A stretch of DNA of 64,000 nucleotides from Eledone cirrhosa (GCA_964016885.1 OZ024742.1:251968001-252032000), one strand, 5' to 3'. Shown: positions 36,150 to 46,674, counted from the first letter of the stretch. The notes: generated from the sequence alone by a model not told the origin. Program-made: numbers and translations.

Positions 36150-38972
36150 TTAGCTGTAGTGTTGGCGGATCTCGGGAAGCATGGAGGCCTTAAAGGATGC
36201 AGTGTCTCGACAGCTAACAACTGATGCAGGTACTTTGTTCCATGCTTCAGCAACTCTGAGCGTGAAAAAATGTTTCCGAAAGTCATGGGAACTGTGCTGT
36301 TTTCTTACTTTGTGGGCATGTCCACGTGTGTTAGACACATGGAAATCGAAAAGGCACTCAGGGTTGTTGTTGGCAACATGGTTAACAATTTTGTGGGTGT
36401 TTACCAAGTCAGTTGCCAGGCGTCGGAGCTTCAATGAATCCATGCCCAGGGAAGCAAGGTGATCAGAGTATGGTAGATGCCTGATGGAGGGTATTCGCTT
36501 GGTTGCACGTCTCTGAACAGTTTCCAGGCGGTCAATGTCCTGAGCAAGATAGGGGTTCCAGACTGGTGATGCAAATTCTAAGTGTGGTCGCACCATAGCT
36601 GTATACAGCCTTAAATAGATATCTGGAGAGCGGCTGACAAAGGTCTTGCTGAGTGATGCTAAGACACCCTCGGCCCTCTTGACAATTTTAGAGACGTGCC
36701 TCGTCCAACGCAAATCGCTGCTGACCGTAATGCCCAGGTCACGTTCACAGGAAGACTTCTTGATATTAGTGCTGTGGAGGGAGTATGTGGACGCTGGGTT
36801 TTTACTCCCAAAATGCATGGTGGTGCACTTGTCCACAGCTAGCTTGAGTTGCCAGTCTGAGATCCACTGTTGCATTGTGTCCAGGTCAGACTGCAAGCAA
36901 GATCTATAGTGTTCAGGATCTGTCCTTTTTATCTCAAGGTACAGCTTGATGTCGTCTGCGTACTTTAGTACTGTGGCATTCCTTAAGTTGGCATCTATGT
37001 CATTAATATATGCCACAAACAAAAGGGGGCCAAGAACAGATCCCTGAGGTACACCAGATGACATCTCATATGGTGAGGAATGCTGTCCCAGAACCGTGAC
37101 TACCTCTCTTCGACTGAGAATGAAGGACTTCAACCAGTTAAAAAGATCATCCTTCACACCCATTGCAGAGAGTTTTGCCATAAGCCTTTTGTGCGGCACA
37201 GAATTGAAGGCCTTCGCAAAGTCAAGGTAAACAACATCCACCCATGAGCCGCCATCAGTGATCCGGGTGATGTCCTCAAGAAACTCTATAAGTTGATCAC
37301 AGCAGCTGGAGTTGGGGATAAATCCAAATTGCGAAGGCCGGATAAGACTGTGAGAGCTCCAGAAGTTCCAAAGTGTTTCTCTGACACAGGATTCCATCAG
37401 TTTGGCGATGCAACTAGTAAGACTGACTGGACGATAGTTCACAGGTGATGTGCGGTCACCCTTTTTGAACAGAGGAATTACACTGGCAGTTTTCCACTGT
37501 TCTGGAGTAGCACTGTTGTTCAGACAGAATTGGAAGAAGCGTGATAACTGGTGTAGAAGGAAGTACCCACCACGTTTAAGAAGCAGGTACGTAACACCAT
37601 CAAGACCAGGAGAGGCATGGTTGCGTTTATTTTTTAGGTGACGTCGCAGCATTGCAGGTGTAAATTCCATGGTTGTAATAGAGTCCGGTGTCATAGGTGG
37701 TGGAGATGGTACACTCTGGTCTTCAATGGTGAAAATGCCTGCATAGCATTCAGCAATGAGCTCTGCGCATTCCTTGGGGTCGTCAGTAACCTGGCTTGTG
37801 TGGGGATTGCGAAGAGGACCAACTGGAGAGTGAGGCCTCTGTTTTGAGTGAACATACTTCCAGAACACCTTACTGTCAGGGCTGGTTGCTATGCGCTGCT
37901 CAAATTGAAGCACTGCCTTTTTTGTCACTTGTTTGAGGTGGTTGGACGATCTATTTCGCCTCTTCCTATTAATGTCTGATTTGTGAAGTTTGTACTCACG
38001 TTCAGCATTGCGCCGTTCTTTTCTGGCAAGACGGACTGCTGCAGTCTCCCAAATTGCGCTTTTAGGATGTTTTTTCCGCTTACGTGGCACCGATGCTGCA
38101 CATGCTGTCCATATTGAGCTCAGGATGTTCTGGAGTACAGTGTTGACATCTCCAGAGTCATAGAACTCAAGCCAGTTTGGCCGTTGCAACTCGGTGCAGT
38201 AACAGTTCCAGTCTGCTCTATTCCAGTCAAAGTGAGCAGTTTGGAGATGGTTGTGGTTCTTGTTACTGCCCATGAGGGATAGATTGGCAATGATCATAGC
38301 ATGATCAGAGTCACCTAAAGGTTCCTCAGCAGTAACACTAATGACCGTTTCAGGAGTAGTGGTGAAGAGTAGGTCCAAAGTGTTGTCACCTCTCGTTGGG
38401 GAGGTGACCACCTGGGACCAACTCGAGTCCAGCACCAGCTCAAGGAAGTCATTTGCACTTGGCGGCCAACGAAAGGTCTCCCAGTCAATCTCAGGGTGAT
38501 TGAAGTCACCTGCAATGAAAACATAAGTGGCTGTCTTCCTGGCAGCAGCTCTGAGGATATCACAAAGTTGAGTGTCCTGATGGTAATTTGGGGGACGGTA
38601 AACGACTCCAAGTAGCAGTGTTGACATGGTCATACGTATATCGCAGAAAAAAACTTCCTGCTGTGATTGGTTCAAATCAGCACAAGGAATTGCCGACAGA
38701 TTTGACCGAACGTAGACCATTACACCACCACCACGACGATTAATACTGTCTTTACGAAACAGGTTGTAGCCAGTCATGCTGAAAACCCCATCACAGAGTA
38801 AGGGATGTGCCCAAGTTTCCGTGACTGTAATGAAGTCCGGGTTGATACTTTTGACGTAGGAGTCAAAAAGATGAATCTTATTGCATAGACTACGTGCATT
38901 CAAGGACAACAGTTTGTACTTTGATTCCAGTCTATGATTATGTGCAGGGGATGGCAGGTTGTTCTGATTTAG
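36150..38972 (-). CDS. LINE ORF2: APE endonuclease + reverse transcriptase (no in-frame AUG at its start)
   Basis: Motifs LNARSL, VTETW, YRPP, AGDFNHP, TLDL, GDSDH (APE); SPGLDG, NYRPVSL, QFGF, YLDFAKAFNSV, GVPQGSVLGP, YADD, ERDLG, LETVQRRATK (RT and C-terminus). No stops; the frame is open up to 38987. Confidence 0.96.
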   Translation of the reverse strand, partial: LNQNNLPSPAHNHRLESKYKLLSLNARSLCNKIHLFDSYVKSINPDFITVTETWAHPLLCDGVFSMTGYNLFRKDSINRRGGGVMVYVRSNLSAIPCADLNQSQQEVFFCDIRMTMSTLLLGVVYRPPNYHQDTQLCDILRAAARKTATYVFIAGDFNHPEIDWETFRWPPSANDFLELVLDSSWSQVVTSPTRGDNTLDLLFTTTPETVISVTAEEPLGDSDHAMIIANLSLMGSNKNHNHLQTAHFDWNRADWNCYCTELQRPNWLEFYDSGDVNTVLQNILSSIWTACAASVPRKRKKHPKSAIWETAAVRLARKERRNAEREYKLHKSDINRKRRNRSSNHLKQVTKKAVLQFEQRIATSPDSKVFWKYVHSKQRPHSPVGPLRNPHTSQVTDDPKECAELIAECYAGIFTIEDQSVPSPPPMTPDSITTMEFTPAMLRRHLKNKRNHASPGLDGVTYLLLKRGGYFLLHQLSRFFQFCLNNSATPEQWKTASVIPLFKKGDRTSPVNYRPVSLTSCIAKLMESCVRETLWNFWSSHSLIRPSQFGFIPNSSCCDQLIEFLEDITRITDGGSWVDVVYLDFAKAFNSVPHKRLMAKLSAMGVKDDLFNWLKSFILSRREVVTVLGQHSSPYEMSSGVPQGSVLGPLLFVAYINDIDANLRNATVLKYADDIKLYLEIKRTDPEHYRSCLQSDLDTMQQWISDWQLKLAVDKCTTMHFGSKNPASTYSLHSTNIKKSSCERDLGITVSSDLRWTRHVSKIVKRAEGVLASLSKTFVSRSPDIYLRLYTAMVRPHLEFASPVWNPYLAQDIDRLETVQRRATKRIPSIRHLPYSDHLASLGMDSLKLRRLATDLVNTHKIVNHVANNNPECLFDFHVSNTRGHAHKVRKQHSSHDFRKHFFTLRVAEAWNKVPASVVSCRDTASFKASMLPEIRQHYS

Positions 38973-40198
38973 TTTCCCAGAGTTTTTTCAGTTTCTTTAT
39001 TGTCAGTTGTTGTGGGTACACTGTTTTCAGACCAGCTGGTGTCTCTTTTCCATGATTCGCCAGCCTTAACAAACCTCCATATCTGCCCATCATCTCGTAG
39101 GCTGAAACTTTCATGTTCTGCCGAGCTGCGGTTTAGGGAAGCTGCAGCACGCAACTTTGGGCGGACATCAGGTGGAAGACCAGGACGTGTTCGGAAAGCA
39201 ATCCGACTTTCACGCCTAGCTTTATCAGAGGCTACAAGGTATGAACGTGCCTCAGCCGAGTTTGAAAACGACAGTCTAATTAACCTGGGTTTCGGGCCTG
39301 GTCGGCCAAGGCGTAGAGCACCCTTTGCGGGAGCACAGCCCAGGTCTTTGGATGAACTGGTAGCAAATGCCTGAAGATCAACTATGTCTTCCGGCACACC
39401 AATGGCAATCACTTCGTGGTTTGCAGATTCAGTGGCATTCTCAATGCGTCTAGGTTCAACATGAGGTACGCGGAGATTTTTTAACAAGGCACTCCGGTAA
39501 GATCCCTCATTGTGGGGTTCTACACGAACGCTTGATTTTATTTCCGCTATTTCTTGACTTAAAGCGGAAATCATTTGCCGTATTTCCTCAAACTCCGTAT
39601 TGACGGTCGGTTTTTGTTGTTGTTCTTCTCCTTCAACAGGCATGGTAGAAGACACAGTCGTCGGTTGTTGTTGTTGAAAAGTAACGGGTGAGGAAGACAT
39701 GGGTTGCTGTTGTTGATGAAGTCCTTCAACGGGGGTAGTAGCAGAAGCTACGGTCGTTGGTTTTTGCTGTTGTTCAGCGACAATGGTAGAGGAAGACACG
39801 ATCCTCGGTTTTTGTTGTTGTTGTTCAGGAACAATGGTAGAAGACACGATCTTCGGTCTTTGTTGTTGTTCCGCAGTAATGGGAGAAGCAGGCATACAGT
39901 CCAGGCACTGAAAGGACCAGTTTGTTAGCTGGACCATCTCCCAGAGTCTATCCATCGTAGCAATGTGATGTTTCTTATTTTGGCCTGGGATCTTCCGGAA
40001 GCCTGTGGCGCATTGAAGGCAGACAGAGATGCGACAGGTTCCACATTCGACCCAACGATTACGGAACGAGTTTTCGGGTTCCGTACAGATATGGCAGGTG
40101 TGATCTTCCGGGCAATGTTCTATTTTTGGACATCGACCAGTTTTGTCGCAAATTTCATCGATGGATATCACCATGGCAATTTTGTTATTTCTACCCAT
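38969..40198 (-). CDS. LINE ORF1: N-terminal PHD-like Cys/His finger, Q/S/T/P repeat region, coiled coil, RRM-like C-terminal domain
   Basis: CHIC...WVECGTC...CLQC...WSFQCLDC; FEEIRQMISALSQEIAEIK; EVIAIGVPE...LRLGR..PRLIRLSF. First ATG (MGRNNK) at 40198; stop TAA at 38969-38971. Confidence 0.9.
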   Translation of the reverse strand: MGRNNKIAMVISIDEICDKTGRCPKIEHCPEDHTCHICTEPENSFRNRWVECGTCRISVCLQCATGFRKIPGQNKKHHIATMDRLWEMVQLTNWSFQCLDCMPASPITAEQQQRPKIVSSTIVPEQQQQKPRIVSSSTIVAEQQQKPTTVASATTPVEGLHQQQQPMSSSPVTFQQQQPTTVSSTMPVEGEEQQQKPTVNTEFEEIRQMISALSQEIAEIKSSVRVEPHNEGSYRSALLKNLRVPHVEPRRIENATESANHEVIAIGVPEDIVDLQAFATSSSKDLGCAPAKGALRLGRPGPKPRLIRLSFSNSAEARSYLVASDKARRESRIAFRTRPGLPPDVRPKLRAAASLNRSSAEHESFSLRDDGQIWRFVKAGESWKRDTSWSENSVPTTTDNKETEKTLGN

Positions 40199-40411
40199 CC
40201 GTAGAAAAACACAGAATGTAAACAATATAGGTTTAGCACACTTGATTACGATAGAAATAAAATGTCTGTTTTTTTTGTGTATTTTGTTTCCGTTTTCCTA
40301 AATGTTGTGTGTGTGTAGAAGAGTCTGTGCATGTAAACAAATAAATATGCTGCGAAAGTTAAATGAAACGTACTGTAGAAGGCAGTTGTTTATTAACAGC
40401 GAATAACGTTT

Positions 40412-40454
<43 letters not shown>

Positions 40455-41338
40455 CCCTGATACTGCTTCTTTATAGTAAACTTTCAATAATATTTTTTTT
40501 TCAAATTATTAACTTTCAGCTGCTAGTATATATATATAATTAAAAGGTGTATGTGGGTTAGAAGCGAGGTCAATGTTAAGAAATATTTTACCAATGTAAA
40601 TTGGTAAAATTGGCCGGTATAGTGTCTCACACGCAATAGTGTGGTTTCTTTTCACGTGTGTGTATATGCATATGGTATGTATCTGTATATAAATCTGTGT
40701 GTATATTGTTGTTTATATGTTTTGTGGAGTACTTACTGCGATCCTTAAGGGACGTAGTGATTTGTTTTGTTTTTTTTTCCTTTTTTCCCCGTCCATGTCC
40801 ACACGTGGTTCGTTGGCGAAAATCAAGTGAAATTATATATACTTCGTTAAGATAATTCTATCTTGAAACTGGTACTAGTTGTCAGGGAACAGTGAAAGTA
40901 ATTGTAATAATGAATATTGTAATCCATCTGACATGTGTTTAAAGGGCAGTTTTTGGTGAAAATATTATATTTTGTTTGGTCAAGACGTGGTCAAGCGACC
41001 TTCCTTGTCGCCATTTCCTATGCATCAAAACAGCTATAAGGTAGGCTACTGTAAGGTAGACACACGTTTGGGTAAATTTTTAGTTTCAGACATGTTTTTG
41101 CAATAAATTCTTGATGATTTTGTAACAGTGTTATTTCTATGATACCTTGATCCACAAATGTTGACCTGTTATCCATGAAACACTAGAGTTGACTTTTATT
41201 TGAAGTCTATAGAAAATTCCATATTTTTGGGCCAAAAATAAGGAGTCAACTTTTACATGAGATCAACTATTACTCAAATATATACAGTAGTTATATTACT
41301 AAATCCCTCTAAATTGAGACTTATTTCCAAACTTAAAT

Positions 41339-41691
41339 AATAATAATGAAATTATTGTGTACAGTGCTCAGGTGCACTACAACTCATCAAAGGTGCATGT
41401 ATAGTACATAGAATAATATACAAATGTCAGGGAAGTGAATAGTGTATGAGTCATATACATGTGTGCGTGTGTATGGAGGGGGAATATTAGGTGTAGTGTT
41501 GGCGAATCTCAGGAAGCATGGAAGTTTTAAAGGATGCGGTGTCTCGACAGCTAATAAAAATGTTTCCGAAAGTCATGGGAGCTGTGTTGTTTTCTGACTT
41601 TGTGGGCATGCTCACGTGTGTTAGACACATGGAAGTCAAAAAGGTACTCAGGGTTGTTGTTGGCAAGATGGTTAGTAATTTTGTGGATGTT
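41339..41691 (-). mobile_element. 5'-truncated, internally deleted CR1-group LINE copy
   Basis: Encodes NIHKITNHLANNNPEYLFDFHVSNTREHAHKVRKQHSSHDFRKHF (compare ORF2 C-terminus) and has the same tail. Confidence 0.9.
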
Positions 41692-42419
41692 TAACTGAAA
41701 AAACATGGTCAGTATCCTTGATAAGAAATATGGTAACAAAAGGGTTAATGAAATAATTATATTCATTAAATGGTATTTTTTTAATATCATTGAGCATGTT
41801 ATGAATTTTGGAAATTAAATCTGATTTAGAGTTAATGGTTCAATGCAGGTTTTTTAACTATAAGTTAGGCATATAAGCCTCTGGACAGAAAAAAGTAGAG
41901 AGCTGTTTGTTATTATAGCTGATTGATAGAGCTTATATAGGGGGTGTCAAACACGGCCCACAAATTACTTTTCTATGGCCCATGGTTGAAAAATCTTTGT
42001 GACTAATATTTTCGTAAAACTTTGTCTCTCATCCCTTCCATAATCTTGCAGCAGCAGTATCAAACTCGACCTACCAACTTAATGCAAACAGACAATCACT
42101 AAGATCAGCCAGTGTCTGAGCATATTTCTCCCCAGGGTAGGGTAGAATGTGCTTAAATATTTCAATCACTTTCACTTTAAAATTAAAACTGAAAAGTAGA
42201 AATATATATCCAATTTTGTATACATTTAATAAGTTTGTTTTGAAGACCTATTGTGGTGAATGGGTGAGTAAAACTAACTCAATCAGAGCATGAGGAATTG
42301 TTTTTGTTTCCTAGTATGAAAAGGGATAGATTTGACAACTAATATTGGCATGGAGGGTGTACGTGAGATGACTAACATGTGCAACAGAACATGAGGAAAT
42401 TTATTTTGTATTTTTGGTT

Positions 42420-44110
42420 AGCAGGTGCCTACTGGCTGTAGGTTTCGCTTTGTACTTAGGCAAGATGGGTCTTCTGTATTACTGCGTAACGCCAAAGATC
42501 TCGGTCCAGTGACATTGTCTTGGAGAAGTGTAAGCGTGTAAGGTTGGAATTTATTAAATCGTTCCAGGTTTTTCTGGGTCTGCCTACTCCGTAGCTTCCA
42601 TCTATTTTGATCGCCCTGCACTTTTTTATACAGCTGTCGTCTTTCATGCGCATCACATTAACCATACCAACGTAGTCTTCTCTTGGGTAAACAACATCTG
42701 ATCCCTCTTATTCCTAATTTCTCACTTAGTTCATTTATGCTTTGCCGTTCACGTATACTACTATTACACATCCAACGGAGCATGGAAGCTTCGTTCCTCT
42801 CCAGTCTGCGCAGATCCTCTGCACACAATGCCCATGTCTCACTGCTATGCAACATTGCTGTTCGTATGCAGGCATCATACAGTCTGCCTTGCATTTTTAG
42901 AGAGAAACCTTTAGTGGCCAATAGTGGTATAAGCTCTCTGAACTTTTTCCATCCCGTTCTGACTCTAGCTACTGTACTTTCAGAGCACCCTCCCCCCACT
43001 GCTGATTTTGTCACCCAGGTAACGGAAGCTGTCCACTATTTCTATAGAGCCCTCTGGACAATGGAAGGAGCTAGTATCCTGTGGGCACTTGCTACTACTT
43101 ATTGCACCTGAGCACCGGCCACATATAAAATCTATGCTCTTAGTTAGCTTACCTGTGATCCCACTACATCTTTTATGCACCCATACTTTGCATTTGGGAC
43201 ATAAAATAGAGTTTCTGCCTACTCCTTTCCTACACATTGAGCATGGCCATTTCTCAGAGGGGACCAGTGCCCTATTTTCCTTCCTACATACTAGAACTTT
43301 AGTTTTAGACAAGTTAATTTTAAGGCCTTTTGATTCTAGGCCATGCTTCCATGTTTGGAATTTCTTCTCTAGTTCAGCCATTGATTCAGCTATGAGTGTT
43401 AGATCATCTGCGTATAGAAGTTCCCATGGGCAGCTGGTCTTGAACTCCTCTGTTATAGTCTGAAGGGCAATAGTAAATAGGAGGGGGCTAAGGACAGAGC
43501 CCTGATGAACACCAACTTTTACGCTAAATTCTTCACTATATTTGTTGTTAATTCTAACCTTGCTGACTGTTTCTTTATACATGGCTTGTATAGCTCTCAT
43601 AGTTTTCTAAGAGCCCACCAGATAATGGAGCAGGGGACTCCGTCAAAGGCTTTCTCCAAGTCAACAAAAGCTAAGTATAGGGGTTTACTTTTAGCTAGGT
43701 ACTTCTGTGGTTGTCGTACAAGGAAAAGAGCGTCTGTGGTACTTTTACCGGACACAAACCCAAACTGCATTTCATCTAGATCAATTCGCTCTCTGATTAG
43801 TTGCGCTATAACTTTTTCTGTGAGCTTCATGACCTGGTCAATTAATTTAATGCCTCTATAGTTTCCCCTATCTAGGGCATCTCCTTTACCCTTGTAACAG
43901 TTAATGATGGTGCTGCTACGCCAGTCATTTGGTATGGCCCCATTCTGTATGACTTGATTTACTATCCGGGTGACCATAGTGTGTCCACCGTTCCAGATGC
44001 TTTCAGCATTTCAGCAACTATCTCCGAAGGTCCAGCTGCCTTGCCTGTCTTCATATCTTTGATTGCCTTACTTATTATACTATCTTCGACTTGCACTGTT
44101 GGTCCCTCTT
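42420..44110 (-). mobile_element. RTE-clade LINE 3' half (RT with internal PHD-like zinc finger), few frameshifts
   Basis: NYRGIKL, MQFGF, FVDLEKAFD, GVHQGSVLSP, LLYADDL, CSMC..GRNSILCPKC..WVHKRC...CGRC, FRYLG, RLRWYG, GRPRKTW. Confidence 0.93.
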
Positions 44111-44739
44111 CAAGTTTATCAATTAATAAAACAAAATTACAAAGTGCTTAGAATGTTGCAAAAGGAAATATATATAAATTCAATGATCTGTTGTAGTAAA
44201 AAGTTCTTTTGTAAAGTGTTATAAATGTTTCTAATTTACCGATACTGCCAATGCCATCAATTTTACTTTTACATGCAATTTATTTTTTGATTTGGATTAA
44301 AAAGTTTTTAAAATTGCTGTTGAAGATATCTATTTCTTTAAATATGATAAAACTTTGAATTTTGCTTTTGTTTTCCGTTTTAATAACATTTATTGTTCAA
44401 TTTATTGCAATTTTTCCATGAAATGCAATAAAATGGGAAAACATGGAATTTATCAAAAGTGGAAAATTTGTCCCCCTACATTTTATACTAAATCACATAT
44501 TCCACTTACCATCATATATGTATTCATTTTGATTAAAAAAAAAAAATAAAATAAACAGCAGCCTATCAGCTGTATTGCAGATTAGCATTTTAACTGGAGG
44601 AAATCATGACCTTGACCTCATCTCATGTTTGGCTCACTAAGCCTCTCCCCGAGGATGTAATGGCCCTTTTGAATCCTTCAGTTCGAGAATCCTGGCTTAT
44701 ATTAACTGAAAAAAGTGTCAGGACTAAATTGGTGTAATG

Positions 44740-44964
44740 CAGTGGTTCCCAACCTTTTGTGCACCATGCCCAGCCTCAACATCTCAAAAATTGTAATGTC
44801 CCCAGAGATGATAAACTGCAAAGTGTAAACAAATTGGCATATAGGTGGTGCCAGATGTAAAATAACATGTGTGGAGGAGGTATAAAACCTGAAATTTATT
44901 CTCATCACCATCCTTTTCAAATTGCTCCCCTGTGGGGCATGCATCCCATCTTTGGAATCATCTG
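44740..44964. mobile_element. hAT-type MITE with 8-bp TSD
   Basis: cagtggttcccaac ... tttggaatcatctg, flanked by gtgtaatg at 44732-44739 and 44965-44972. Confidence 0.8.
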
Positions 44965-45322
44965 GTGTAATGGTAGCCTAACCACATGGTATATGGCAGG
45001 TGTGAACTTTACAGTAGATGCTGACTTCTTTTTGTTCACCCAGGGGCTAATATGCCCAACTTAAACTATTTCACATTGTCAAAAATGTACATTGAAGCCA
45101 CTAACACTAAGTTACTTTTCTCAGAGGTTGGGGAGAGGAAGGGAGATGTTATCCTCAGACAAGAGAGCTGGTCTGAATACTTACAACAAAGTTTATTCTA
45201 ATAAAGACACCCAAGGACTATGTGATGATGTTAACTGTGTTACCCTCGTCATCTTTTATTCTCTCAATTCTCTCATAATTCTGTAATATTTATTTTCAGA
45301 AAATAAAGAAAAAAAACATTAC

Positions 45323-45394
45323 CTCCCAAACCAGAAGAGTTATCACCAGGAGCGAACTGAGGAGCAGCTTCTTTCCCACCTTTATTTTTTAATG
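45323..45394 (-). CDS. Host gene, juxtamembrane stalk exon
   Basis: ttttgtttcatttcag|CA ... GGA G|gtaatg, 72 nt, phase 1-1. Encodes LKNKGGKEAAPQFAPGDNSSGLG and joins in frame to give SSGLGGTVVGPIVG. Confidence 0.75.
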
Positions 45395-45439
45395 CTGAAA
45401 TGAAACAAAATAAAGTAATGAGTGTTGTGTCTTTACACA

Positions 45440-45670
45440 TGATGTCTAGTAATAACACATTGTGTTATGGTAATATCACATGGTGTTATGGTAATATCAC
45501 ATTATGTCATAGTATTATTAAATGATGTCATAGTATTATTAAATGATGCCACAGTAATATCCCAGGATGTCATTGTAATATTATAATGATGCCACAGTAA
45601 TATCACATGATATCATGGTGATATCAGATGATGTCATTGTAATATCACATGATGTCATAGTGATATCCAC
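45440..45670. repeat. Degenerate 21-bp minisatellite (~10 units)
   Basis: Units of the form gtaatatcacatgatgtcata. Confidence 0.75.
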
Positions 45671-46674
45671 AATCAAACGTTTTCATGATAGATACTAAAT
45701 AATACAACATATAGAAAGAACACAAATCAATCAAGACGTCTGAGGTGTTGCTTCAATGCAATCCTTACAAGATTTTTCAGACTGGTGAGGTTAATAAGGT
45801 GAATTTTCAGCTAGAACTTCTGTAGGATCATGCCTGAAGAGGAAACATAGATTTGAAGAAAGTTCCAGAGCTACAGTCAGGTGAGGAATGATTGGGAAAG
45901 TGTTTAGTATGCACTTTGGGATATAATACAATAGAAAATAAGAGAAAAGTATGTGCATCAGGTAGCCTAGGTTGGATGTAGTGTCAGAGGTTATCTTGGT
46001 AGTGATAAAAGAAACACACAAAAGAAACAGCATGTCTATGGTTAACTGTCATTGTGAAAAAGTTTTTTTGTAAAGTGTTGTGGCGAATAAAAAATGCCAT
46101 CAATTTGTTTATTGATTTGGATAGAAAAAATTATTAAAAATTTTGCAGATGAATCTATTTATTTTAATCTTCAATGTGATCTAGGCACCGTATGTTGCCA
46201 ATAGAGTAATCTCCCCTTAATATGTAATGTAGTGTCAAGGGAAGCAATTCATAAAAAATTCAGTGTGTTAAAGATAAATGTGATAAAACTTTTGAATTTT
46301 GCTTTTATTTTCCCTGTTTTAATAATATTGATAGTACAAATTATTGTAATTTACCCAAGAAATACAATAAAATGAAAGATACGGAATTTATCCATTTTAA
46401 CATGTTGCTGAGTTAATCTTTCGTAACCAGCTAAGTGGCCTTTTCTATTTATATGAGACATGCAAGCATAGAAAATAGACATTAAACAGTGATGATGATG
46501 ATGTAGGCTTAGATGATTTTAGGTAACAGTAGCACTGTTCTAAATATGAGAGCAGTGCTACATTGATCACAAGGTCAGAAATTTAGAATAGAAAATGGTA
46601 TTGAATGTTTCTAAATTTTGGGGTTGATCACAAGGAAGAGAAAACATTAACCAGCTTGAAAGTGCAGTGTTTAA

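Larger units (their letters stand above)
36046..41015 (-). mobile_element. Full-length, apparently intact CR1-group (CR1/L2-like) LINE, ~4.97 kb
   Basis: Two uninterrupted ORFs, a short 3' UTR with stem-loop and (ATT)n tail, and a ~0.8 kb 5' UTR starting aaatggcg. Candidate 6-bp TSD tcctat at 36040-36045 and 41016-41021. Confidence 0.92.

Noticed and set aside
36181-40204. Plus-strand ORFs overlapping the LINE ORFs
   Set aside because: They are short antisense shadows of long GC-richer coding sequence with no motifs.
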